A stretch of DNA of 61,970 nucleotides, the filler included, from Basidiobolus ranarum (lineage: Eukaryota): NCBI GenBank assembly GCA_040143965.1. It is 2 parts of 2 records of this genome, joined end to end, with 100 filler letters (N's around TTAATTAATTAA, not from the genome) between each part and the next. Parts side by side here need not be neighbours in the genome. Positions count along the whole stretch, not along the records: positions 1 to 30,950 come from JASJQH010000094.1; positions 31,051 to 61,970 come from JASJQH010000095.1. One strand, 5' to 3'. Each line of letters begins with the position of its first letter. Within the stretch, counting starts at the first letter, position 1. Below, piece by piece: positions 25,816-38,153 of the stretch. Below the pieces are notes generated by a model. That model saw nothing but the letters and a program-made list of their open reading frames with translations. It searched no databases and was not told where the DNA came from. The position numbers and the translations under genes are program-made.

Positions 25816-27621
25816 AATAAAACTGGTTCTCAGGTAATTAAACCACACCGGCTTCCTTGTATTAGTTTCCTTACAGAGCCATATGCAAACAAGTTGAAGC
25901 ATCACCAAGGCTTATTAAAGACATGTACTTTATTGGTTGGACAGGTATTCAATACAGGAATCAAGGAAAATAACTAGATAAAAGAAGGAAATGGAGTGGA
26001 TTCACATTTGATCAAGATAATACTGCCATGTTTTGGACAAAGCTGTGTGATTCCGCTCACATTCCATGTAAATGTCCATATACTCTGTTTCGAAAGCGTA
26101 TCGCAGATTAGATTCTATGGTTAATATCCTTGAGTCTGGATGTAAATCCATAAATCAGCCATTTCATAGACCAAATTAGAATGAAGAGTGCCTCACACAC
26201 CAGCCGCATCCTGTCTAAAGCTGTGAACTGTGGATATAGTGAATAGCTACGCTAATATCAATAGAATGCGACTATCTCGCAATAATCATCGCTCCATAAA
26301 CTACCCTTCTTTTTGTCTGAAGGGTAATCTTTAGCGTATAGTCCAAGGAATTATCCTTGATTATTCAAACGGGACTGGTTATGGTGATGTGTAAAAGTGT
26401 AATTGCTTGTGTGTATTTTTGATGAAGTTTAAGTTGAAGTACTCGTCTATAGCATCGTAGATCTTACACGATCTGGCACAAACACTACAAGTTGTCCTAT
26501 CATTTGCATTCTGCAACCTCATTACCTCACACTAGCTAAAGTGCAATATATAGTCGAATGTGCTCAGATATGTAAGTCTATCTACACTTCTACGCTAATC
26601 ATCATTGGCACCACCGATATCAGGATGCATAGGGAGAAGTAATGGCAATAAATCTTGTTTCGACATATTTCTTTATTCAAATAATATTGTATAACACAGT
26701 AGTGGTACTAGGATTAACCGCAAGTAGCGTACGAAACAGTTTTCTTAATCTACTAGTTGATGTGCACCTCATTGACAAATTGGGACTTTGAATGTCACGC
26801 TTCTTATCAGAGATATACTTTACAAATTTTTGATATAAGATGAAATAGACTTTCTGTAGACGTATCATTAATATAGATTTGAGTTTATAACGCAGTAAGA
26901 TCTGCTTTAAAAATATGACCGGTTTGGGGAGGATTCACAATAGATATATCGAGCATTCTTTGTACTCTGTTGGAATAGATAAGTAAAGGACTGTTCTAGA
27001 TGATACTAAAAGTACAACTATAATTAGTGTTGATACTATCCTTATCATTCGCTAATTGTCTTCATGACATCTGACAAAATGGATAATTCACCCCCTCATA
27101 CACTGAGAACATCCTTTCAATCACACATGTCTATCCAAAATTACCAAAGGTCTTGCTTGAAAGGGTAAAGATTAATTGGTGGCTTGATAATGGATATATT
27201 CATCGAGTAAGGATTGTAGTCGTTGACTTGTTGAATTATCAGTATACGTATATCTATAACAGTGGAGGTAACTGTAGGGGTGCATCTACCTGTTTATAAT
27301 GATGCCCATTTGACTATTTACTAGTAAAATCTCTACCTTGGATGGATATTTTTCCTCCACAGTGAGAATTGTGTGTTATGGAACCAGGGCAATTCACATA
27401 GTTAATACATGCATGCGAGTTGTCAACATAAATCTAAACCAACTTTGATGTGAAAAGCAGTCAACACAAAAGAATCAATTTTTTTTCCAGTATATATATC
27501 TATACAAATTCTATATATCTAAATTTCACTAGATCAATCATTTCCCTAAGGACAATTTTCCAATTTCAATCCTTTAGGTGATTTCTCGAACTTTTACTTC
27601 TTACCACACGTTAGTAAAGTT

Positions 27622-29010
27622 ATGAGTGTATTAATTGAGACTTCAGTTGGTGATCTAGTGATAGATCTACAAACAAAAAAATGCCCCCAAACAAGTTTGA
27701 ACTTTCTAAAGTTATGTAAGATTAAATATTACAATTTTTGCTGTTTTCATAACGTACAAAAGGATTTCATGTTACAAACGGGGGATCCTTCTGCTACTGG
27801 CAAAGGCGGTGAGTCAATATTTGGCTTATTGAAAGGCCCTAAGTATAAGTACTTTCCAGCCGAGATAAATCCTAAACTAAAACATAAACAACGCGGTACT
27901 GTGTCTATGGCTATAGCAGAAGATGGTGAAGGTGGTGGTGTAAGTGGTTCCCAATTCTTCATTACCACTGGCGAAAACTTGGATTATTTAGACGGAAGAT
28001 ACACGGTTTTTGGCCAAGTAGCTGAAGGCTTCGATACTTTGGATAAGATAAACGGAGTGTTTTGCGATGAAACTGGAAGACCTCTAAAGGATATTCGTAT
28101 AAAGCATACAATCGTACTGGACGATCCTTTCCCCGATCCAGAAGGTTTGGTGGTCCCCGATGAATCTCCACTTCCAACAAAAGAAATGCTGGAAACTGTG
28201 CGTATTGGAGAAGATGAGGAGATTGAACCTACATTACCTCCTGAAGAACTAGAAAAACTTCAACGTGAGCGAGAAGCCAACGCCCAAGCTTTAACTCTGG
28301 AGATGGTTGGAGATCTACCTTTTGCCGAAGTGAAACCACCAGAAAACGTCATCTTTGTATGTAAATTAAACCCAGTCACTCGAGATGAAGATTTGGAACT
28401 CATTTTCTCAAGATTTGGTCCGATTCACTCTTGTGAGATTATTCGTGATAAAGCTTCTGGAGATTCATTAGGCTACGGCTTCATTGAATTTGAGAACAAA
28501 GAGGATTGTGAGGAGGCCTATTTCAAGATGGACAATGTTCTTATCGATGATCGTCGTATTCATGTTGATTTCTCACAATCGGTCTCAAAACTACACAAAG
28601 ATTGGGTTGCCGGTAAGATTAAAAATGCACAATCTTCTGAAGGGTATGGTGGGAGTGCGCAACTTCAGAAGCGACAGAAATATCGATCAGGTGAACAGGA
28701 AAGCCGGAACAATTTCGATATGGTTTTTGAACATGGAGACACTTACGAACATGAAAAAACTGGCGGCCGTAACAGAAGAGATAGTCGAAGCCCTGATCGT
28801 ACATCGCGTAGAAACGGCCATAATACCGAACGTGGTAGAGAGAGATCACCAGAAGCACGCCGTGATGACAGCCGACGATCAAGACGAGATGATGACAAAT
28901 ACTCATCACGTAGTGATCGTTCTCGCAAACACACAAGTCACAGTAACGAAAAAGACGATTACTCTCGACGCTCCTCCCGTCATAGACATCATAGTAGAGA
29001 TAGGCGTTAG
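27622..29010 (+). CDS. PPIL4: Cyclophilin-RRM protein with RS-rich tail (PPIL4/Cyp59/Rct1 type)
   Basis: [46 protein letters not shown]...[12 protein letters not shown] tail. Confidence 0.95.
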   Translation: MSVLIETSVGDLVIDLQTKKCPQTSLNFLKLCKIKYYNFCCFHNVQKDFMLQTGDPSATGKGGESIFGLLKGPKYKYFPAEINPKLKHKQRGTVSMAIAEDGEGGGVSGSQFFITTGENLDYLDGRYTVFGQVAEGFDTLDKINGVFCDETGRPLKDIRIKHTIVLDDPFPDPEGLVVPDESPLPTKEMLETVRIGEDEEIEPTLPPEELEKLQREREANAQALTLEMVGDLPFAEVKPPENVIFVCKLNPVTRDEDLELIFSRFGPIHSCEIIRDKASGDSLGYGFIEFENKEDCEEAYFKMDNVLIDDRRIHVDFSQSVSKLHKDWVAGKIKNAQSSEGYGGSAQLQKRQKYRSGEQESRNNFDMVFEHGDTYEHEKTGGRNRRDSRSPDRTSRRNGHNTERGRERSPEARRDDSRRSRRDDDKYSSRSDRSRKHTSHSNEKDDYSRRSSRHRHHSRDRR

Positions 29011-30950
29011 TCATATATACAATAATTGAGAAAAACCAATCACAAGAGTAGCTTGTACTTTGTAAACAACACACTATATTCTATTACATTTAAAGACGTC
29101 TTCGAAATCCGCTAATTAAATGAAATGAATATTTGATTTTCTAGTACATAGTTTTATCACGTAACTCATGTTAATTTAAATATGCATCCGTAGGAACTCT
29201 GTCATTTGGATAAACTTGTTAATTTTACTGCGAACATCTCTTCATATTCCTTATTTGCGCAGTGAACGTTCCTAGTTACATGATGGATACAGTTTGGTTT
29301 AAAGGTAATAGTGTGAGCCAAAGTGATTCTCTCTTCTACCTTTGAGTTGCTACGCATGTTCGAGTCTGCTATGAAAGCATAAACATGTAATACATGACTA
29401 ATGTAATATGCTAATTATCTTATCATATTGTAACTTTGGCATTCGAGCCCGCTAAAAAACGAGTCTCAATGATTAGAGTATTGCTTGAAACTCGAATGTA
29501 GCATACTTTATACAAGGTAATTATCTGTCTCGGAGTTATTTTCTTAAGATTCCTGACGTTAGGAACCTTCCTACTTTTGACTAGAACATACAAACTAAAC
29601 ACTAAAGCACAATATAAATATCAATTCTGCTTTATTAGGGAGTATATAGTAAAGATAGTTCAGAACAGTAAATAGAGAACTCACTCTTGCGTCGAAACAC
29701 AGCAGCGCAACCACACAATACGATACTATATCTTATATAGATCCTGATATACCTTCCATTCTCGTAATATTGGTAAATATACAATTAGCCACAGAAGAGA
29801 ATAGGCTTTGAAACATGTGTTTATCAACAACACCTTGACATACGCATCGTCTTTGAAAATAATTAGACAGAAATGAACATGCTAATATAGCCTTTCATGT
29901 ACTCCTTTTGGAAGCCTTAGTTTAGGAAACTTCCCATGCTATACTTTGCTACATCACATGACGATTTTATCTCACAAAACGACGGCAGCCAACTACCAAT
30001 GTAAACTCACGAATTGGCATTGAAAGATCACTTGACTTCTAATGGGTTGAAGTTCTCCCACACGATTATCTCCGTCAGACATTCTAATAGATGCTTATTT
30101 AACTTCCCAAGAGAAGTTCGATTCTAGTTTTGGGTCTTCACAATTTGATGATACTTTGGTGATGCGATTCCTGCACTTTACATGCTTGCACAAAAAATAG
30201 GTGTTTAGTCCTATACCGGAGCAATTTAACTCGTGAGAAATCTCAGTGTTTTGTGCAATAATCTGGAAACCTTTTGATGAAGGGCATTCATGACAATAAA
30301 TATGTCTAAGCCACCTTTATTTGTCCTACCTGTCATGATACCTGGGCACATCAAAAGCAGAAGATTGATGGGCATATCTTGAAATATTAGGTTTACAAGC
30401 AAATTAAAAGTAGAAGATTCAATATAATCAATATCCAGACAAGGATAGGAACAAGTTGCATTTAGCTAAAATGGAAAGAGGTGGAAGCCGTGCTGTGCAC
30501 AACAGTTGGGTCTTCGAAAGTTCACCAGGCAGATGGAAACCTATAAAGAGCGTTACAGGATGCACTCCTCAGCATTTGTATTATTTGTAATGGCTTTGAT
30601 TCGAATTAGTAGGCAGTGGACTCGATGGTTTGTTTGTTATTTCCGTAGTTTCGAACTATACGCCAAGATTCACTTGAATTAACCAAGACTTCTTGATTAC
30701 AGGGCTTCCGGAGTGAGTCTTGTGGCTGCAAGTGGAGTGTACATTTACTCAAACCGTATCGTCAACACCAGCCCTTTAAATGCACGTAATGGCTTTGGAG
30801 TGGCAGTAGAGCGGAGTGGTGGTGGCATCTGATCTTTGTAGTAGTATTCCGGTTTTGATGTGAAGAGCAGTTTATTCTGTTATATTTTAAGCTGTACAAA
30901 AGCCATTGCCCCTTACTCACACTTGGGTATCAGATATAATAAAATCAGAC

Positions 30951-31050
30951 NNNNNNNNNNNNNNNNNNNNNNNNNNNNNNNNNNNNNNNNNNNNTTAATT
31001 AATTAANNNNNNNNNNNNNNNNNNNNNNNNNNNNNNNNNNNNNNNNNNNN
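30951..31050. other. Artificial contig-join spacer
   Basis: 44 N + TTAATTAATTAA (stops in all six frames) + 44 N = 100 nt. Confidence 0.95.
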
Positions 31051-31559
31051 CTACCGCGCCCCCCTCTTTTGTTTGCGACAACACCTTGCAACGCCGCTCA
31101 TGCGGGGGGGGGCCATGAACTGAATTGGATTGGATGGGGATCAGACACTAACCGACTTTAAACTGGAACCGAAACTGGATTCTCATTAGTCGACATGAAA
31201 AGCTGAAGATTCTGGGGACTGGCGGGGGACTTCAGCAAAGCAGAGTAATGCTATATGCTGAAATTTGATTACAACGACATGCATGATGGCTTTGATACAA
31301 TTATCTAGACATGTAATCGTAGATAGTGATGCCAGCAAACTTAAAAGTAATTGATGTTGGGCCAATTATTTCTATTTACTTGATTCATTTCATTCCTCAC
31401 ATCTATATTAATTATACCTGAATTAGCAATTAGCTCTTATATTTTTCCTTAACAGTTATTCAATGACCAATTCTCAATTTCCAATTAAATCTCTAAAAAA
31501 TCACTTAAAACTAGAGGGATCATGGATGGATTCCTTGTTTTCTGTACGGTAAACCCTCC

Positions 31560-32622
31560 ATGCCTGACCTCTCAAAAATAAGCAGTAATTATGGCGACTT
31601 TGTTGAATGCTTAGTTGGTGTGTATACTTTCACTTACAAGTCATACATTATATGTACTCTCTAACTTTCTACTTATAGATGCGGTCGAATATACCATAGA
31701 AAGTATATGGTATGCTGAAGCTTCTCTGTCGCGCACCAAGAGATTGTTGCTGAGAGCTTTTATTCGGGAGACTATCAAAAGTTCTCGTGTGTATTATTCA
31801 ACTGTGATGATTTCCTTACTATATCTTTATCGTCTAAAGCGAGTATTTAGTTTGGATTTGTCCATTATTAATTCACTGGTTCTTGATAGTCACCGTCTTC
31901 CAAAGCTCCTCCATGACACTGATTACTTCAGCAAAGACTTTTCTAAGCCTCTATTCGACAAAGACGGCTCAGCCGATTACGCCACTCTCTCTTGCAACTC
32001 AGAAGCTCGTTATCATAGTGCACGGTCATCATTTATCGGCGCCATAATAGCTGCTTCTAAGTTCCACCAAGAGCGTTCCCCTACAAATTATGAATGGGCT
32101 CGCTTCTCTAAGATGAGTGTGCGCGAAGTAGGTTTGACCGAAATCGCCTTTTTACAATGCTTAAAATATCAGTTATTCGTCCCTGTTCAAGAGTATGAGT
32201 TATGGTCTGAACAATTGATGCGTGAAGTACGCACACACAAGGTCAATTCAAGTCCTCCTGCAAGGGAGAAATTCAATGGTTATTCTAAGCTCTCTGCTAA
32301 TCGGAATCTCTCCTCTGCCTGCCTCTCGAGCTCTTTACCTTTAAGGAGTCCATATCCCTCACAATCATCCAGCCCTGTTCTTTCCGAGAAAAGATTGTCA
32401 CGAAGATTTAGGCAACCACTTAAAGGTGCTCATTTGCTTTACAGCTACAATCGTTCCTCGAAAGACGTGCTCGAGACATCGTCAGATTATGGCACACCTT
32501 TACCTCGTGATTACGACCCGAAAATTCTCTATACTTCTCGGACACCGGAGTGTTACAGCCGATCATTCCGCTCAAGCCCATTTCATTCTCATCCCACCTA
32601 CGACTTCTCCACTTCTTATTAA
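31560..32622 (+). CDS. Pho85-type (Pcl-like) cyclin (exons 31560-31617, 31679-32622)
   Basis: Spliced FVECLVDAVEYTIESIW; LRAFIRETIKSSR, SLLYLYRLK, AIIAASKFHQER...NYEWA, EIAFLQCLKYQLFV cyclin box. Confidence 0.85.
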
Positions 32623-33426
32623 CATGAAACTCTATATCTAATTCGCCTTTTTCCAGTAGCCTATGCTATTCTATTTTCTACTCATTTTTCTTAAGATCCC
32701 CAGTATCTTTATACTTCTCGGAGTTTTATTATAATTAATTCCATATACATTAGTGTTATCTCAACAGGGAGGACTAATCGAGGATGGTATCCTGCTTGGG
32801 TCAAATCAGCAAATACCAGTCTTATAGATTGCCGATTAGATATATATAGCTTCATGTGCGGACGGACTTTTCTTGGTTAATGCTGTGGAGTACATTACCT
32901 AAAAATGATGGCTTCCTTCCTTTTAACATCGAACGCTAGCCGCCCATGGAAGATTTATAGATTGAGTTATTTGATATCAAGATTATCCTCCTTGTGTGTT
33001 TTATTCTATAAAGCACTCTAGAATTTTTTATTCCTGATCACTATTATTATTCAAAATTTCCCAAAAAATGTTGAATGCCATTTATGATAATGAATTTTAC
33101 ATCTATCAAATCTAACCCACAACTATTTTTGTTTACGCTAACCAACTCAAAAGTAGAACATTGATAAAATCCGATGTTTATTAAATCAACTATTCCTTAG
33201 TCAGAGATACAAATACCCTTTCATGTCTGAGCTCTACTTGGTGTTTTGCTAGCAGGGAGGTGAGATCGATCCTTAAATATATAGATACAAGATTCAAAAT
33301 TTTAGTGTAGTTATAGAAGGGGGAACTACATACAAGATTTTCGCCGCTTATTTTGCAGCATGCTAAGTATAGGAAGCTGCCACTGTCTATTGAATGCGTT
33401 TACATACAAAGTAAAGACGATGCAAT

Positions 33427-36400
33427 CTACATACTTAATCCGCTAGAGACTGAACTTCGAACTGAATCGGTCTCTAGTGCTCCTTGTGCCGCTTCGTCTA
33501 ATTCGTCTTCATTCTTATGCGTCCATGGCAATAGTATCTCACTCTTATTAACAAAATCTACTAGACCAGATCGCATGAGATGTATGAAACCCTCCGGATC
33601 TTTTCTAAGCCTTGTACTATCTACTTCATTGGAACTTGGGCTTAGGCTTGTTTTAGAGCTGTTTACTAATTCGAGCTGGTTGGTTTGTGTGTTGAAGATG
33701 GCATCATATCTTACTGCAGCTTTGTTGGCTTGTCGAGTTTTATGCGCCACTTTGATATGTTCGTTATTATGACAAGTAAATCTTTGTTTTCGCGGAAGTG
33801 AATGCCCCAAGTATCCTAATATATTTGTAGGTTGCTTGCTGGTAGCATCCTGCGCTATAACACCATTGGTTTTGGCTGATCCCTCCAGTAGACTCGAGTG
33901 CAAAGCTGTTCCGAACTCAATGATATCGTTATCCAAATCATGTAGTTTTTTGAAGGGATCCTTGGGTAGCCATAGACGCTTCGGCAATGGTCGAATGAAG
34001 TCAGGATGTATGTAAGTTTCGTAAGGGTTTGTATCATCTTGGTACGTTTCTCTACACGGTAGTTCAGGAATTGGAGGAATCTCATCGAGGTTTATATTAG
34101 TTGGCGCTGAGGAATTAGCAAAGGGGTGGAGAAATAATGAAAGTAGCGGATTGCGGATGATCTGCTGTTGAATCTTTCCCCAACGTTGCTTACTACTAGA
34201 TGTTTTGGAAGTCTGGGTTGGAAAAGTATTCAACCTTGGTGAAGGGTTTTCAATTGGTAGATTAAGTTCTGAATCCTTTGCGTCGTCAAGTTCATCGGGA
34301 TAAAGCTCAATCTTCAGTTCAAAAGAATCCGGCTGAATGTCATCATCTGCATCGATTTTCTCACTTTGGTTTATGTTATAATGATTTGAATTTCCAACAT
34401 CGTGAGCTAATCCCTTTGATTGACGGTTTTGTAGCCATGATGTGTTGTTATCGCACGTATCAGTACGTTTCTCGGATGGCGTGGATAAGTTGACTGCTCT
34501 AGTATTTTTGCTGGACTCTGATACAAAACTCATGTGAGAGAGTGGTGAAGGATTTGTTCCGTGTGAGTTTGATCGAAACCTTTTGGAGTGAAATGGAGAG
34601 TAAACATTGGTACTGCTTTCGAATTGATTCATACTTGAGGGAGACGGTTCAGCCAAAGTTCCAAGTTGAGTGTTCATAGTTTCCTTAGCCTCTGTCGGGG
34701 AGTCACGATCACATAGGCATTCTAATGGAATATACTTCATTCTATTACGGAATTTACTTCGGCATATCACCTTGAATGCTACTGTACCACCAAGTAGAGG
34801 CACCAATCCTATACTAGGCGAGATAGCCTCCTTCAAAGCTAGCACCCCAATCATAGTCAACTGAAAGATTAATAAACCATCGCTCACATATCGAAATATA
34901 TATCTCCAGTATTTACCGTTGTACTCGTATCGCTTCACATATACGTATGCGAATTGATATTTGTACACAATAAGAGCAATTCCAAAGTACATAACACCAC
35001 ACAGCAAGATCAAAGGGTTGATAATAGAATATGTTATACATATAACAAGAACCAAAATATGTGTAGGGAAGTAATAATAGAAAGGAAAAGACCAAGGCCT
35101 TCGCGCATTTTGAAGATCCCGAGGAGTACGTGCGTACCAACGATTAGCAAAAAGTAGAGAGTAGAATAGAGAACTTCCAATCTGGGCAATCTCAAGTCCA
35201 TGAGAAGCTGTTTGAAGAATGACATAATTGATGAAGAAAGCAGCACCCTATGGATCCATTAAATAGCTGATCAGTGATTGAAATCCTTTTGTTAGGTGCA
35301 AAAGAGATATCAATAGGAAAAACAATACCTGTGGGAGATTTTTCGCTAAAACGCTAGTGATGCTGGTAGGTGTTTGAATTACCTCTAGAATTACTTCGAT
35401 GAAAGCAAATCCCAGCAGGAACACAAAAAGAACATTGAAAATAGCAAAGCGATAATAACGATTTACGACAGCACTCTCCAGAGAAGAGTAAGAAGAGAAG
35501 CACTCCCACATAGATATTCCTAAACAAAATGAGAAAGGTTTTGTTAATATTATGGATACACACCCATTGATACTAGTCCTGTACCTAAAAATATATTAGG
35601 CATGGCCACCATGAATAGAGATATCAGAAGTGAAGGGAGGACATTTTGAATGACTGATTTTAGCCAAGGATTGGCAGTTCCAATAATAACCAAGGATGGC
35701 CATCGCTCCGATAACTTTTCATAAGATGCAAAACTCACAAAGTAGGTAGAAGGGAAAAGCCAGAGAACCGTAAGTGCCCTATATGACATAAATCAAAAAC
35801 AAATCTTAGACCTGGCGACTAAAAAACTCTGCGATGCTGATAATCTTACCAAATGCTCCCATTAACTATTGCTCGTCTTAGCCATTTGCCATTTGAACTC
35901 ACAGTATGGTTTCTCCATAGAATATCACGCGGTTCCGGTGCTAACTTCGTATGGCAAAATCGAGGATCAACACGCGAGATGGTCTGTGAGCACAACTGGG
36001 CAGATGCCTGAGTCTTAAATGTAATAAAAGCGGTGCTCGTTGGCTTGTAGTAATAGGCATTTTCAGTAGCATGACGAAGCTCTGCGATGCGACGGTCTAA
36101 GCTGTTGAACTTTCTCAAATAGTAATCAATCGATACGACCTTCTGGCCAGTTCCAAGAACTCCGGTTTTATGAATGCTTTGAAATTGATCGAAAACCTGC
36201 CGATTAAATCTAGCTAAAATACTCCACAACATTTCCGATGAATTTGATTGTATGGGCAATACCGAGCTCGTAGTCTCTGAGTGCTCGAGAGAAGATAAAA
36301 GGCAATGCAGCAACTGACTGATATCTAATTTTTGATTGCTGTTGGAAAACTCAGGCTTCAAAGCATAAACTCCATCTTTCTTTATGTTGCTTAGGACTTG

Positions 36401-37226
36401 ACGAGCTAGTTTAATATGAGCATATTCTAGTTCCCTAAGCATATTTTCTCGTCGTTGGATTTTGCGAGATATTTTTCCAGTGTGGCGTACCAATGTTACT
36501 GAATCTACCTCTCCCAGTCCTAGACTTGCATAAAACGAGCGCAACCGCTCTTCGTGCCTCATGGTATCAGGTATATGAGTTACTATCACAGTACGGGTAT
36601 GCACGCAACCTTTTCGTGCTTGATTTTGAAGATACAGTGTTCTCATCTCGATGTACTCTTGGGTGTTTTTCAGTAATAAGTAAAGTGTGGATGCTGAAAA
36701 GAAATAAGTCAGGAGCCAATGAATCCAAAACATGCTAGATCCATTTGGGATGTTCCCTATGGATATCTTGTCCACATCAACCAACATCGTCTGCTGGGCG
36801 AAGAAATTCAACGGCATCAAGATGGCGCCTACAGTTAAAAGTGTAAATAGTAACAGCTGAAAAGCCATCTCAAGGAATCGAATATACATAACAGCATCCA
36901 ATCCGACGTGAGTCAAATAGAAATTCTCCTTCAACGTCAGTGAGTTCCATATCCAGGCCAAAGGACGCGGGGGCGGCAAAGGAGTTGGATTTCTACGAGA
37001 TGTTCACGAAATAAATAAGCTATTTTTGTTAAAGTACTGATTCTAAGGATTTTACAAACTTTTCGAGATAACAACGGGAATGATACAAGTGCTGAGTAAG
37101 TTTCCAGCGTCGATTCAGCTCGAATGTGACGAGACCACTAAGAGTAATTGCGACAGATAATCCGAGTTGAGTGGAAACACCAACCAATGTTGGTGAATAA
37201 TTTGTTGCAGTTCCTAAGGTAGTCAT
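33427..37226 (-). CDS. OSCA/TMEM63/CSC1 (DUF221, Phm7/Rsn1-like) calcium-permeable channel, multi-exon
   Basis: GLDAVMYIRFL, TAFITF, APEPRDILW, LPQ-GAAFFINYV, YSIINPLIL, YKYQFAYVY, LWLPKDP; many TM segments. Confidence 0.9.
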
Positions 37227-38153
37227 CAGAGCTCAACCCTGTCTCCTTCAGATAGCGCTCTTCTGTTTTTGATAGAAAGACTCTGCTTACTAGAACTTGA
37301 GAGAAGCTTTCTTGTGGAATAGACTTGGTGGAAAAGGTAACCATTGGTATATACTCGCATTATATAGCATCTTGCTTTCGTGGCGTTAAAAAATTAGTCA
37401 GGGTGAAACATGAATTGGTGTGAAGTAGGGAGGTCAAAAGGTAGAACATAACGAAGATGAGGTTAGATTAGTATTTCCATCATTTTACTCAGCACTTGGT
37501 TTATTTATTTATTAACCACAAATAGTACTCAATTCTAAAACTTCCCATATTTAGTAGTGAGATAGATTCATTCTTTTAGGGAATAATTAATAATAATTTG
37601 ATTAGCACATTAGGATTTGGCTAAGCATGCCTCGGTGTGTACGGTTGGGCTCATCTGGATTTCATTCGATATAATCAATACCAATGGTTAGTTTCATTAA
37701 ATCAAAGCTCTGACTCAGAGGCCGAGGGGGAAGCGTCAGAGCTACTCCTGCCAACTTTAAGCAACTTCATGAAGCTAGTAAATTATTTTACTTGGCCTGC
37801 ATCTGTAGAAACTCTGTGGCGCGTCTCGTTAATTGCGGATTATTGATATATCCAAGGGATTTTTCTGAAATAATAATCCAATTCACACAAATCGATAATA
37901 AATGGCGTACAAAATCTCTACTAAAATTCATTGAACAAGTAATTTTGTTAGATACAAAAATTTAGATCCAGAGTCTCAAGCGCTAGTAAATTTTCCCTCT
38001 TTTTTAGTAATATACCTAACCAATACAGAGTTTGTTTATTCCGCATATATCTTATTTGCACAAAGTACTTCAAATTTGTTTTTTGGATCTAGTAAATCAT
38101 TCTTGTATATTAACGATTCCCGGTGTATCAGTAACGCGAGTCTCGTTTGCAGC

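Noticed and set aside
28484-29074. Overlapping 181 aa and 151 aa ORFs on PPIL4
   Set aside because: Alternative-frame and antisense shadows of the repetitive RS/RD coding region
33353-33772. 139 aa plus-strand ORF
   Set aside because: Antisense shadow of the OSCA C-terminal exon with a non-ATG start
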